DNA of 64,000 nt from an uncultured Acidobacteriota bacterium (GTDB taxonomy: Bacteria > Acidobacteriota > Vicinamibacteria > Vicinamibacterales > 2-12-FULL-66-21). Within the stretch, counting starts at the first letter, position 1. Every line of letters starts with the position of its first letter. The stretch is taken from contig CAVRXL010000001.1 of NCBI GenBank assembly GCA_963725145.1, positions 156,176 to 220,175 on the forward strand, in the 5' to 3' direction. A program made the translations under genes and the position numbers. Of the stretch, positions 19,771 to 27,893 are shown piece after piece. The notes beneath the pieces are model-generated. The model had not been told where the DNA came from. It did not search any database and saw only the letters and a program-made list of their open reading frames with translations.

Positions 19771-20940
19771 TCACGCGCTCAGATGACGCGCCAGGAACGG
19801 GATGCCGCGCCTGCCCCAGAACGCATGCTCGCCCGGAAAGACTTCCTGCTCCGCGCGATCCGCGACGCCGAAAACGCCATAGATCTTCCGCACTTCATTG
19901 AAGCTCTCGATGCTCGCGGCGATCGGAAAGATGTTGTCCTTCTCCCCCGACTCCACGAACAGCGGCCGCGGCGCGATCAGGCCCGCGAGATCGTGCATCT
20001 CGGCCCAGTTCAGGATCCCAGGGACATAGTTGTCGCTGCAGTGCACGATGCTGCCGACGCTGTCGCGGAACGTGTTCAGATATCCGCTGACGAGCGCGGC
20101 GCGGATGCGATCGTCGAGCGCCGCCGAGAACACGGTGACGGTTCCTCCCCCGGAGATGCCCATGCACCCGACGCGGTTCCGATCCAGCTCGGAGCGGGTC
20201 GCGATGTAGTCGAGCGTGCGCATGACGTCCCACACGCGCCAGCCGATCATCGTCTGGCCGACGAGCAGCGCTCCGCCGGCGACGGGATCGCAGGCCTTCC
20301 GGCCCAGGCCCTGGCGCGCGTTGACGGGATCCCGGCGGCACCCGAAACCCATCGGCTCGATCGCCATGGCGGCCATGCCGGCCTCGGCGACCTGGATCGC
20401 GAAGTCGTGCTGGTAGCCGGCCTTGTCGGTCCGCTCGGCGCCCCGCTCGTCGATGCCGACAATGTCGTCCACGCCGCGGCCGTGGCCGGGGATGCAGATC
20501 ATGACGGGCGCCGGCGGTTTCGCTTTTGCCGGGAGCAGAAGGTAGCCGAGGACGCTGACGCCGGGCCGGCTGTCGAACACGATCTTCTCGCGGGTGTAAC
20601 CGGGAAACTCGCGCGTCTCAATCGTGATCGGGTTGAGCGCCTGCCGCTCTGTCGGGAAGCCGCCGACGAGCTCGGTCAGCTTCGCGCGGAGCGTCTTCTG
20701 CCACTCCTCGGCTTCGCTTCGTGTCCCCGCGCGGAATCGAAACGTTCGCGGCGCCGCCGCGTACAGGTCGCGCACGTGCACGACGGGATCGAACCGGCGA
20801 TCTTCAAGACCCTTCGTGACCCCGGTGAGCGGGCCGATATAGGTCGAGGGCGCGGGCGCCTGCGCGTCGAGGTGCACGGCGTGCGCCGCCGTCATCAACC
20901 CGGCCAGGCGAACGAGTTCGCGACGGGACAGTCGTGCCAT
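19771..20940 (-). CDS. Tat-exported alpha/beta hydrolase (acetyl-xylan-esterase/dienelactone-hydrolase-like)
   Basis: Tat-like MARLSRRELVRLAG. Nucleophile elbow GISGGG. Only the last 389 codons of the 836-aa ORF are protein-like. AGGAGG lies 12 nt upstream of the ATG at 20940. Confidence 0.8.
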   Translation of the reverse strand: MARLSRRELVRLAGLMTAAHAVHLDAQAPAPSTYIGPLTGVTKGLEDRRFDPVVHVRDLYAAAPRTFRFRAGTRSEAEEWQKTLRAKLTELVGGFPTERQALNPITIETREFPGYTREKIVFDSRPGVSVLGYLLLPAKAKPPAPVMICIPGHGRGVDDIVGIDERGAERTDKAGYQHDFAIQVAEAGMAAMAIEPMGFGCRRDPVNARQGLGRKACDPVAGGALLVGQTMIGWRVWDVMRTLDYIATRSELDRNRVGCMGISGGGTVTVFSAALDDRIRAALVSGYLNTFRDSVGSIVHCSDNYVPGILNWAEMHDLAGLIAPRPLFVESGEKDNIFPIAASIESFNEVRKIYGVFGVADRAEQEVFPGEHAFWGRRGIPFLARHLSA

Positions 20941-20948
20941 GGATTCAC

Positions 20949-21719
20949 TTACCTCCTGAACACTCCCAGTGGATAAAGGATCGCGACGAGCGCCGCGAGC
21001 ACGAGCGCCATGTACGCGATGCCAACGCCCGCCGAGCGCAGGAGTGCGCCGCGGGTGGTGAGCGCATAGGCGCGGCGAAAGGCGAGAACGAAGTACACGA
21101 CGGCGTACAAGCTTGCGATCCGCGTGACCAACGGTGTCACGATCGGAATGGTCCTGATCTGCACGGCGCCCGCGACTGCGCCCGCAAAAAACCACGCGGC
21201 GTGAACGTGCAGCGAGAAATACAGATGCTGCGGGTAGTTCCGGCCCGAACGCCGGATCACGAGCGCGACGAGCCCCGCGAAAAGCGGCACGAGGACGAAC
21301 ATGGCGCGCGGCACCCATTCGACCAGGGCCGGGCTGGCCGCCGCCTCGAGGTCGCGTTTTTGCTGCTCGAGCCGCTGCATCTCTTGCGGCGAATCGTCCG
21401 GCTTCACTCTGATCGTGACCGGCAGAATCGAGCTCGGCGCCAGGGCCGCCACCGCGAAATAGAGCAGGCTGAGGAGGAGATAGAGCCGGATCGGGGACAC
21501 GTAGCGGACGCGGCGGCCCTGGAACTGCTCGAGCGACAGAAACCCTGGCTTCGTCAGGAGCAGCCGCACCGACTGGAAGGTCTTGCCGTCGACATTGAGC
21601 ACTTCCTCGACGAAGTTGTGGAGAAGGTCGCGCAGCGAGGGATCGAGTGGGCCGGCCTTCTGGCCGCAGGTCGCGCAAAATGCTCCGTCGAGGCTGGCGC
21701 CGCAGTTCGGGCAGGTCAT
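20949..21719 (-). CDS. DUF3667-like zinc-ribbon membrane protein
   Basis: MTCPNCGASLDGAFCATCGQ zinc ribbon followed by several TM helices. Its ATG overlaps the upstream LigD-Pol stop (ATGA). Confidence 0.75.
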   Translation of the reverse strand: MTCPNCGASLDGAFCATCGQKAGPLDPSLRDLLHNFVEEVLNVDGKTFQSVRLLLTKPGFLSLEQFQGRRVRYVSPIRLYLLLSLLYFAVAALAPSSILPVTIRVKPDDSPQEMQRLEQQKRDLEAAASPALVEWVPRAMFVLVPLFAGLVALVIRRSGRNYPQHLYFSLHVHAAWFFAGAVAGAVQIRTIPIVTPLVTRIASLYAVVYFVLAFRRAYALTTRGALLRSAGVGIAYMALVLAALVAILYPLGVFRR

Positions 21720-22630
21720 TTCGGCTTCTCGACGAGCCGCCGCAGCCGCTCGATCGCTCGCCGCAGCGATCGCTTCCGCTTCGGCATGTCCGCCCACAGG
21801 TCGCCGACGTCCTCGACCCGCTTCGCCATCGTCCGAAGCGTGAACGTTCGCGGGCCGACCTCGCCGCGCTCGATCTCTTCCCAGGAACAGGGCGCCGACA
21901 CGGGCGCGCCCGGCTTCGCGCGCACCGCGTAGGGAGCGGCGAACGTGGCGCTGTAGCCGTTGCGGCCGGTGTCCACGTAAATGCGCCCGCGGCGATCCGC
22001 CTTGCTGAATTCTTGTGTGAGGTGCTTCGTGTCGCGCGCGACGAGTATCGTCCCGACGGCGTGCGCAAACCTCGCGACCACTCCCATGTCCGTCTTGCCG
22101 TCGAGCGGGATGACGATGTGGAACCCCTTCGAGCCGGAGGTCTTGACCCAGCTCGGGAGACCAAGCTCGTCCAGGAGGGCTCGAAGGCCGAGCGCCGCCG
22201 CGCCGAGGGTATCCAGCTCATCTTCTTTTGAAGGATCGAGATCGAAGACACAGATGTCCGGCTGGTAGAGCTTCGGAGCACGCGAGACCCATACGTGCGG
22301 CGTGATGCAGTTCTGGTTGGCCATCCAGACGAGCGACCGCGTATCGCGGACGACCGGGTAGTGTACCGTGCCGTCCTTCTTCGGGGCCTCGACCCGCTCG
22401 AGCCAGGCTGGAAAGCCCTTCGACACGTCCTTGTGAAAGAAACCTTTCTGGCCGATGCCGTTCGGATAACGCTCCATCGTGATCGGGCGCGAGCGAATGT
22501 GCGGCACCATCAGCGGCGCGATCGCCTCGTAATAGGCAGCAAGCTCCGCCTTGGTGATCCCGTCGTCCGGGAACAGCACCTTCTCGGGATGGGTAATCCT
22601 GGCATCAGTAGAACGCGTGGATGGACACAT
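21716..22630 (-). CDS. ligD: Stand-alone LigD polymerase/primase domain protein (NHEJ)
   Basis: THPEKVLFP...ITKAELAAYY...FDLDP...SGSKGFH... are typical LigD Pol-domain motifs. Confidence 0.85.
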   Translation of the reverse strand: MCPSTRSTDARITHPEKVLFPDDGITKAELAAYYEAIAPLMVPHIRSRPITMERYPNGIGQKGFFHKDVSKGFPAWLERVEAPKKDGTVHYPVVRDTRSLVWMANQNCITPHVWVSRAPKLYQPDICVFDLDPSKEDELDTLGAAALGLRALLDELGLPSWVKTSGSKGFHIVIPLDGKTDMGVVARFAHAVGTILVARDTKHLTQEFSKADRRGRIYVDTGRNGYSATFAAPYAVRAKPGAPVSAPCSWEEIERGEVGPRTFTLRTMAKRVEDVGDLWADMPKRKRSLRRAIERLRRLVEKPK

Positions 22631-22657
22631 GCTGCTAGCGCTCAGCCTTAGCGTTTC

Positions 22658-22679
22658 GGACGAGCCTGAAGGCTCGTCC
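22658..22679 (-). terminator. REP-like hairpin GGACGAGCCT-GA-AGGCTCGTCC overlapping the TAG stop of the ligase gene
   Basis: 10-bp perfect stem. The minus strand reads GTAG-GACGAGCCTTCAGGCTCGTC. Lies between the ligD-lig and ligD-pol genes. Confidence 0.55.
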
Positions 22680-23539
22680 TACCTTCTGACCACCTCTCGC
22701 GCCCGCTTGTCGAAGTGGACGCCGAGCAGCCGCGGGTGCCGAAGCTTGTGGTTCACGGTCCACTCGATGAAGCCCACCTGCACGACGATCTCGGGGCGCA
22801 CCCAGTGCGCTCGCAGCCGCGGTAAGCCTTTCGCTTTCGTGAACGGCGACGCCGGAATCTCAATCGCATTCAGCCGCGCACGAAGGTCCAGCAGCAGCTT
22901 CGTGTCAAAGCCTGTGCCGATCTTTCCAGCGAAGACCAAGTCGTCGTTTTCAAAGTAGCCAACGAGCAGCGCACCAAGGCCGACCCGGCTCCCTTGCGGA
23001 TCGGTGAACCCGCCGACCACGAGCTCGCGCGTCTCCTCGCACTTCATCTTCAGCCAGTGCTTCGAGCGGCGATGCTCGTACGGCGAATCGCGGCGCTTCG
23101 CGATGACCCCCTCCCAGCCCTCGGCGCGCGCGCGCTCCCACGGGCTCGGGTCATCCAGCATCGGCACGCGGTGCAGCGGCGGACGAAGCGGCAGGTCGCC
23201 CAGGAGCCCGCGACGCTCCTCGAGACCGAGCGATCGGACGTCGCGGCCATCGAGCCACATGACGTCGAACACGTGATACGCCACGTTGCCGGATCCCCAG
23301 GTGACTTCGCCGTCGAGGATGGCATCCTCGACCGGCAGGCTCGCGATCGCCTGCGCGAGCGGCGGAATGTTCTGCGGCAGACGGTTACGGGAGAACAGGC
23401 GGACCTCGGATCCCCGCTTGAACGCCACCAGGCGGATCCCGTCGAACTTGCGCTCGAAGATCCACTCCGGCCCCGTGAACCGCTCCTGTGTGAGCGTCGC
23501 CGCCATCGGCTCCAGCCAGTCGGGGAAGGTAGTCGTCAT
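22679..23539 (-). CDS. ligD: Stand-alone ATP-dependent DNA ligase (LigD ligase domain)
   Basis: Adenylation motif ERKFDGIR (KxDG). LigD-type core and OB domain. Start taken at MTTTFPDW (23539). Confidence 0.85.
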   Translation of the reverse strand: MTTTFPDWLEPMAATLTQERFTGPEWIFERKFDGIRLVAFKRGSEVRLFSRNRLPQNIPPLAQAIASLPVEDAILDGEVTWGSGNVAYHVFDVMWLDGRDVRSLGLEERRGLLGDLPLRPPLHRVPMLDDPSPWERARAEGWEGVIAKRRDSPYEHRRSKHWLKMKCEETRELVVGGFTDPQGSRVGLGALLVGYFENDDLVFAGKIGTGFDTKLLLDLRARLNAIEIPASPFTKAKGLPRLRAHWVRPEIVVQVGFIEWTVNHKLRHPRLLGVHFDKRAREVVRR

Positions 23540-23554
23540 GAGGAGCGCCGTGTC

Positions 23555-24313
23555 ATGATGTCGCCATTCCATATGACGTCCAAATCCAGCCGTCTCGTGG
23601 TCCTGGCGCTGCTGGCCGGTTCCATCGCCCTGCTCATCCCAGGGCTGTTCGCCTCGGTCCTGACGATCCGCGGCGTGCTGACGAAGGAGGGCGTCGCACA
23701 GGTCGCGCCGATGATGCTCGAACAGGGGCTCAACGCCGAAACCGTCGCGACACTCAAAGGGATGATGAACCCGTCAATGGTCGCGTTCCTGGAAGCGACC
23801 GGCGGCGACCTGCGCAAGATCGTCATCGACAAGCTTGGACCGCAGATTTCGGCGGCGCTGCAGAAGAATATCTCCGAAGTCGAAGTCTACGAACAGACCC
23901 GCAGCATCGTCGGGTCGGTGCGCAGGCTGTACGAAGTGGGCAGCCCGGTGCCGGCGACGCTCATTCTGCTCTTCAGCGTCATCGTTCCTCTTGGCAAAGG
24001 CGTGCTGGTCGCGTGGGCGACGTTCATCGCCGACGTTTCACGGCGCCAGCGCACGCTGGCATTCGTGGAAGCCATCGCCAAGTGGTCGATGGCGGACGTG
24101 TTCGTCGTCGCGCTGTTCATCGCGTATCTCGCGGCGCAAGCGAGCGCGACGCCGACCACCGGGCCGACCAGCGCGCCGGCGCTGCTCGCGTTCACGGCCC
24201 ATTTCGGCCCGGGCTTCTACTGGTTCCTCGCCTACTGCGTGTTCTCGCTGGCCTCGCAGCAGTTCACGTTTCGCGTCGCCTCGAGGAGTCTGAACGAAGT
24301 ACCTCAAGCCTGA
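23555..24313 (+). CDS. PqiA-family (paraquat-inducible protein A-like) membrane protein
   Basis: AKWSMADVFVVALFIAYL signature and TM helices. Possible starts at 23555, 23558 or 23573. Confidence 0.7.
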   Translation: MMSPFHMTSKSSRLVVLALLAGSIALLIPGLFASVLTIRGVLTKEGVAQVAPMMLEQGLNAETVATLKGMMNPSMVAFLEATGGDLRKIVIDKLGPQISAALQKNISEVEVYEQTRSIVGSVRRLYEVGSPVPATLILLFSVIVPLGKGVLVAWATFIADVSRRQRTLAFVEAIAKWSMADVFVVALFIAYLAAQASATPTTGPTSAPALLAFTAHFGPGFYWFLAYCVFSLASQQFTFRVASRSLNEVPQA

Positions 24314-24351
24314 GGGGTCACAAACACGGTCCATCCGCGTTATACCGTCGC

Positions 24352-25248
24352 ATGGCCCGGCTGATCGCGGGATACGGAGCGATTGCGAGTGCCGTGCCCT
24401 ACCTGGCGCTCAAAGCCGTGTGGCTGAGCGGCGGCACTCTCGGCGTTGCCGATCGAGCTCTGATGCGCGAACCCAGCATGATCGCGCTCAACGCCATCAC
24501 GGCAGGGATGGATCTCGTCGGAATCGCACTCGCCCTGGCGTTCACTCACAGGTGGGGACTGCGCGTGCCGGCGTGGCTCCTGGTTCCTCCGATGTGGGTC
24601 GCGACCGGGTTGCTCGCGACATTCGTCGTGGGCGTCCCGACCGCCGTCATCGTCAATGCGCTGCGGTCCGGGTCGCTACTGCAGGGCGCGGGTGGACCGG
24701 TTGAGCCCTGGGTATACGCGGTCGTGTATGTCGGGTTTGCGGGTCAGGGGATCGGGTTGATGGTGGCGTTCTTCCTTTACGCAAGGACCAGGTGGGCCGA
24801 CACGCTGGAATCGAGGATGCGCGACATCCCGCCGAGCGCGACTCGCGACGTTCTGGCGCCTCTGGCCAACGCGGCGGCGACCATGGCCTCGGTCCTGGGC
24901 GTGCTGCATCTGGCCCAGGCGTCTGGCGGCACGGTCGTCGGCTTCCTGATGAACGGCATCCACGCCGCCATGACCTTCGGCGCGGCGGCCGGCCTGCTGA
25001 TGATGGCTCACCGTCTGGGCGGCAATGTCCGTTTCTGGGTGCCGCTGACGATGACCTGGGTCGGCGCCGGGTCGATGTTCGCCTGGGGCCTCTGGCAGAT
25101 GATCAACGTTCTTGGTCAGACGGCGCTCGTTCGCGAGGCCCAGGGAACGGCGTTCGTAAACCTCGTCGGCCTGTTCCGTCTGGTCGTTGGGCTGGTCATC
25201 GGTCTGCTGACTCTCTTTTTGATCGCCGAGCGCCGCGCTCAGTCGTAG
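24352..25248 (+). CDS. Polytopic membrane protein, unknown function
   Basis: About 8 hydrophobic helices from MARLIAGYGAIASAVPYLALK. The upstream part of ORF 24013.. overlaps pqiA in another frame. Confidence 0.6.
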   Translation: MARLIAGYGAIASAVPYLALKAVWLSGGTLGVADRALMREPSMIALNAITAGMDLVGIALALAFTHRWGLRVPAWLLVPPMWVATGLLATFVVGVPTAVIVNALRSGSLLQGAGGPVEPWVYAVVYVGFAGQGIGLMVAFFLYARTRWADTLESRMRDIPPSATRDVLAPLANAAATMASVLGVLHLAQASGGTVVGFLMNGIHAAMTFGAAAGLLMMAHRLGGNVRFWVPLTMTWVGAGSMFAWGLWQMINVLGQTALVREAQGTAFVNLVGLFRLVVGLVIGLLTLFLIAERRAQS

Positions 25249-27768
25249 CGCAGCGCGACCATCGGGTCGATCCGTGCCGCGCGTCGTGCCGGGAGAAAAC
25301 CCGCGAGCGCCGAGACGCTGACCATCACGACGACCGCGGCCGCGATCGTCAGCGCGTCGGTCGCCGCCAGACCGAACAGCAGCGTCGAGACGAGGCGGCC
25401 CGCGCCCATCGCCACGGCGACGCCGATGATGACGCCCACGACCACGAGCACCATGGATTCGCGCATCACGAGCCCGAGCACGGCCGAGCGCTGCGCGCCC
25501 AGGGCCATCCGGATGCCGATCTCGTTCGTGCGGCGCGCCACGCTGTAGGACATCAGGCCGAACAGGCCGATCGCCGCCAGCAGCAGCGCCAGCCCTCCGA
25601 ACAGCGCGTAGGCCCGGGCGAAGACCTTCTCCTGCTGAAACCGCCGCTCGACCTGTTCGAGCTGCGTCGAGACGTCCGTCATCGGCAGATTCGGGTCGAT
25701 CTGCCTGACGGCCTCCCGCACCCCGCCGGTGACACTCGCGGGATCGCCGGCGGTCCGCACTTCGATGATCGCAGAGGCAGCGCGTGCCTGCAGATACGGA
25801 ACGTACATCGTCGGTGGCGCAGGATCGCGGACGCTGTCGTACTTCGCGTCGCGGATGACGCCGACAACCTCCAGCTCGCTGCTCTTCTCCGACGCTGGAC
25901 CCGAACCGCTGGCCGAGCGGGTTCTCGTTCGGGAAATATTTCTTCGCGGCCGTCTCGTTGATCACGACGACCTTCGGAGCGGTCTCGTGGTCCTGCGGCG
26001 TGAACCACCGGCCGGTCAGGATCGGGATTTCCATGACCTCGAAGAAATTCGGAGAGATCACAAGACGGTTGATGCTCTCCCCGCTGTCGCGCGTGGGCGG
26101 GTACACGCGGCCGCGTACGAAGATGCCCGTCGAGTTGACGCTGCCGGAGAGGAGCGCGGGATTCGTCAGCGCCGCCGCGCGCACTCCGGGCACGGCCGCG
26201 ATCCGTTCGAGCAGCCGGCTGTACAGCGCAGCCGACTGTTTTTCGTCATACCGGTTCAGCTGCGGCTGTACCCGAAACAGCAGCAGATTGTGCGGGTTGA
26301 ATCCGACGTCGACGTGCCGGAGATTCTGCAGCGTCCGGAGAAACAGCCCCGCGCCCACGAGGAGCACGAGCGAGATGGCCACCTGGGCGACGAGCAGCGA
26401 CCTGCCCAGGACGCTCTTCGAGGCTGCAACGCTGCGCGTGTTCTGTTTGAGCGCGGCGCCCACGTCGCCGCCCGTCGCGCGGAGGGCGGGCGCGATGCCG
26501 AAGACAATGCCGGTCACGAAGGTGACGCCGAGCACGAACACGAGCACGCGCCAGTCCAGCAGCGGCGCTTGCCCCTGGGGACCCGGCAGCAACTGTTTGC
26601 CCCAGTAGCCCACGAGAATGCCGAGGCCGCCGCCGACCGACGCGAGCAGCAGGCTTTCGGTCAGCAGCTGGCGAATCATCCGCAGCCGCGTCGCACCGAG
26701 CGAGAGCCGGATAGACAGTTCCTTCTGACGCGTCGTCGCGCGGGAGAGCAGCAGGTTCGCGACATTCGCGCAGACGATCAGCAGCACCAGAAAGACGACG
26801 ATGCTGAGAACCGTCGCGGCCCGCAGCTCGCTCGTACTGATGTCGTAGACTCCGCGGCTGCCCGGTTCGACCTTCAGACGCGGGACTTCGGTCCGGGTTC
26901 GGTTCGACACCGTTCCCCGTTCGAACTCAGGCAGTGACTTCATGTACGACTCGAGCCCCGCTCGAGCTGTGTGCTGGAAGACGCCCTCGAGGTTCCCCTG
27001 GACTTGCGCGGCGGTGGCGCCCGGCTTCAGCCGGCCCATGATCTGCAGCCACCAGTACGTCGGTTGGCCCAGGCGCGATGGCCCCAGGGTGTTCAGCTGG
27101 GGCTCGAGCGAAAGAGGAAACGCTACGTCCGCCAGCTCGCCCACGGGCTGCTGGATGCCGGTGAACTTCGGCGCTATCACACCGACGACAGTGACCACGA
27201 CGCCGTTCACGCGGATGGTCTTGCCGATCACGGCGGGATCGGTCATGAACCGGGTGTGCCAGTACTTGGAGCTGATGACGGCCACGGGCGGCGCCGCCGG
27301 ACGATCGTCGTCCGGCTCGATCGGGCGGCCGGCCCGCGCCCTCACGCCGAGCAGACGGTAGTAGTTTCCGGTTGAGATGAAGGCCGTGGCGATCTCCGCC
27401 TGGCCGTCGACGACGACGTTCACACGGCTGTATGGCGCGGCCGCGAAGAGATCGGTCATCGTGCGGTTGTCTGTCCGGAATTGCTGATACATGGCGTACG
27501 AGAAGGTCGCGCGCACGTTCACGCCGCCCGGTCTGTTCATGAAGCCGTAGTCGCTGGAGCTCGTCACCATGTCGTTGCGGCCGACATAGCGCAGCCGTAC
27601 GAGCGTCTCCGGCTCCTCGACGGGAATCTGCTTCAGGAGGAGGCCATTGAGGGCGCTGAAGATGGCAGTGTTGGCGCCGATGCCGAGCGCCAGAGACAGA
27701 AGGACGACGGCGGTCCAGCCCTTGGCGTGCAGGAGGACACGAACGGCGTGACGGAGGTCTCGTATCAT
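25239..27768 (-). CDS. ADOP-family permease (second copy); frame break near 25889-25892
   Basis: MIRDLRHAVRVLLHAKGWT... is ADOP-like as far as ...PLGQRFGSS. The true continuation EKSSELEVVGVIRDAKYDSVRDPAPPTMYVPYLQ...MVALRYD is in ORF 25239..25808. The 1030-aa ORF is read-through in the wrong frame. Confidence 0.85.
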
Positions 27769-27822
27769 CGGGCCGCAGCCTAGCGCCGCCTCGGCGGCGT
27801 GTCAAAACTCTCTGACGCAGTG

Positions 27823-27860
27823 GAGGACACAGAGGTTGGCTGAGGACACAGAGAAAGGCG
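27823..27860. repeat. Two direct copies of GAGGACACAGAG; the second (GAGGACACAGAGAAAGGCG) is identical to 43261..43279
   Basis: Read directly. Lies in the divergent region between the ADOP start (27768) and the AKR-fusion start (27894). Confidence 0.65.
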
Positions 27861-27893
27861 CGTCCGCCTTCCAGCTGAGCGACAATCCATCCC

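Noticed and set aside
19771-22281. 836-aa ORF apparently spanning the hydrolase, DUF3667 and LigD-Pol regions.
   Set aside because: Only the last 389 codons (from MARLSRREL, with AGGAGG upstream) are protein-like. The upstream part overlaps two well-supported genes in other frames.
24676-27768. 1030-aa ORF that looks like a giant permease extending over the neighbouring membrane-protein gene.
   Set aside because: After ...QRFGSS the sequence becomes Arg/Gly-rich nonsense. The real permease C-terminus is in ORF 25239..25808 after a 1-nt frame break.
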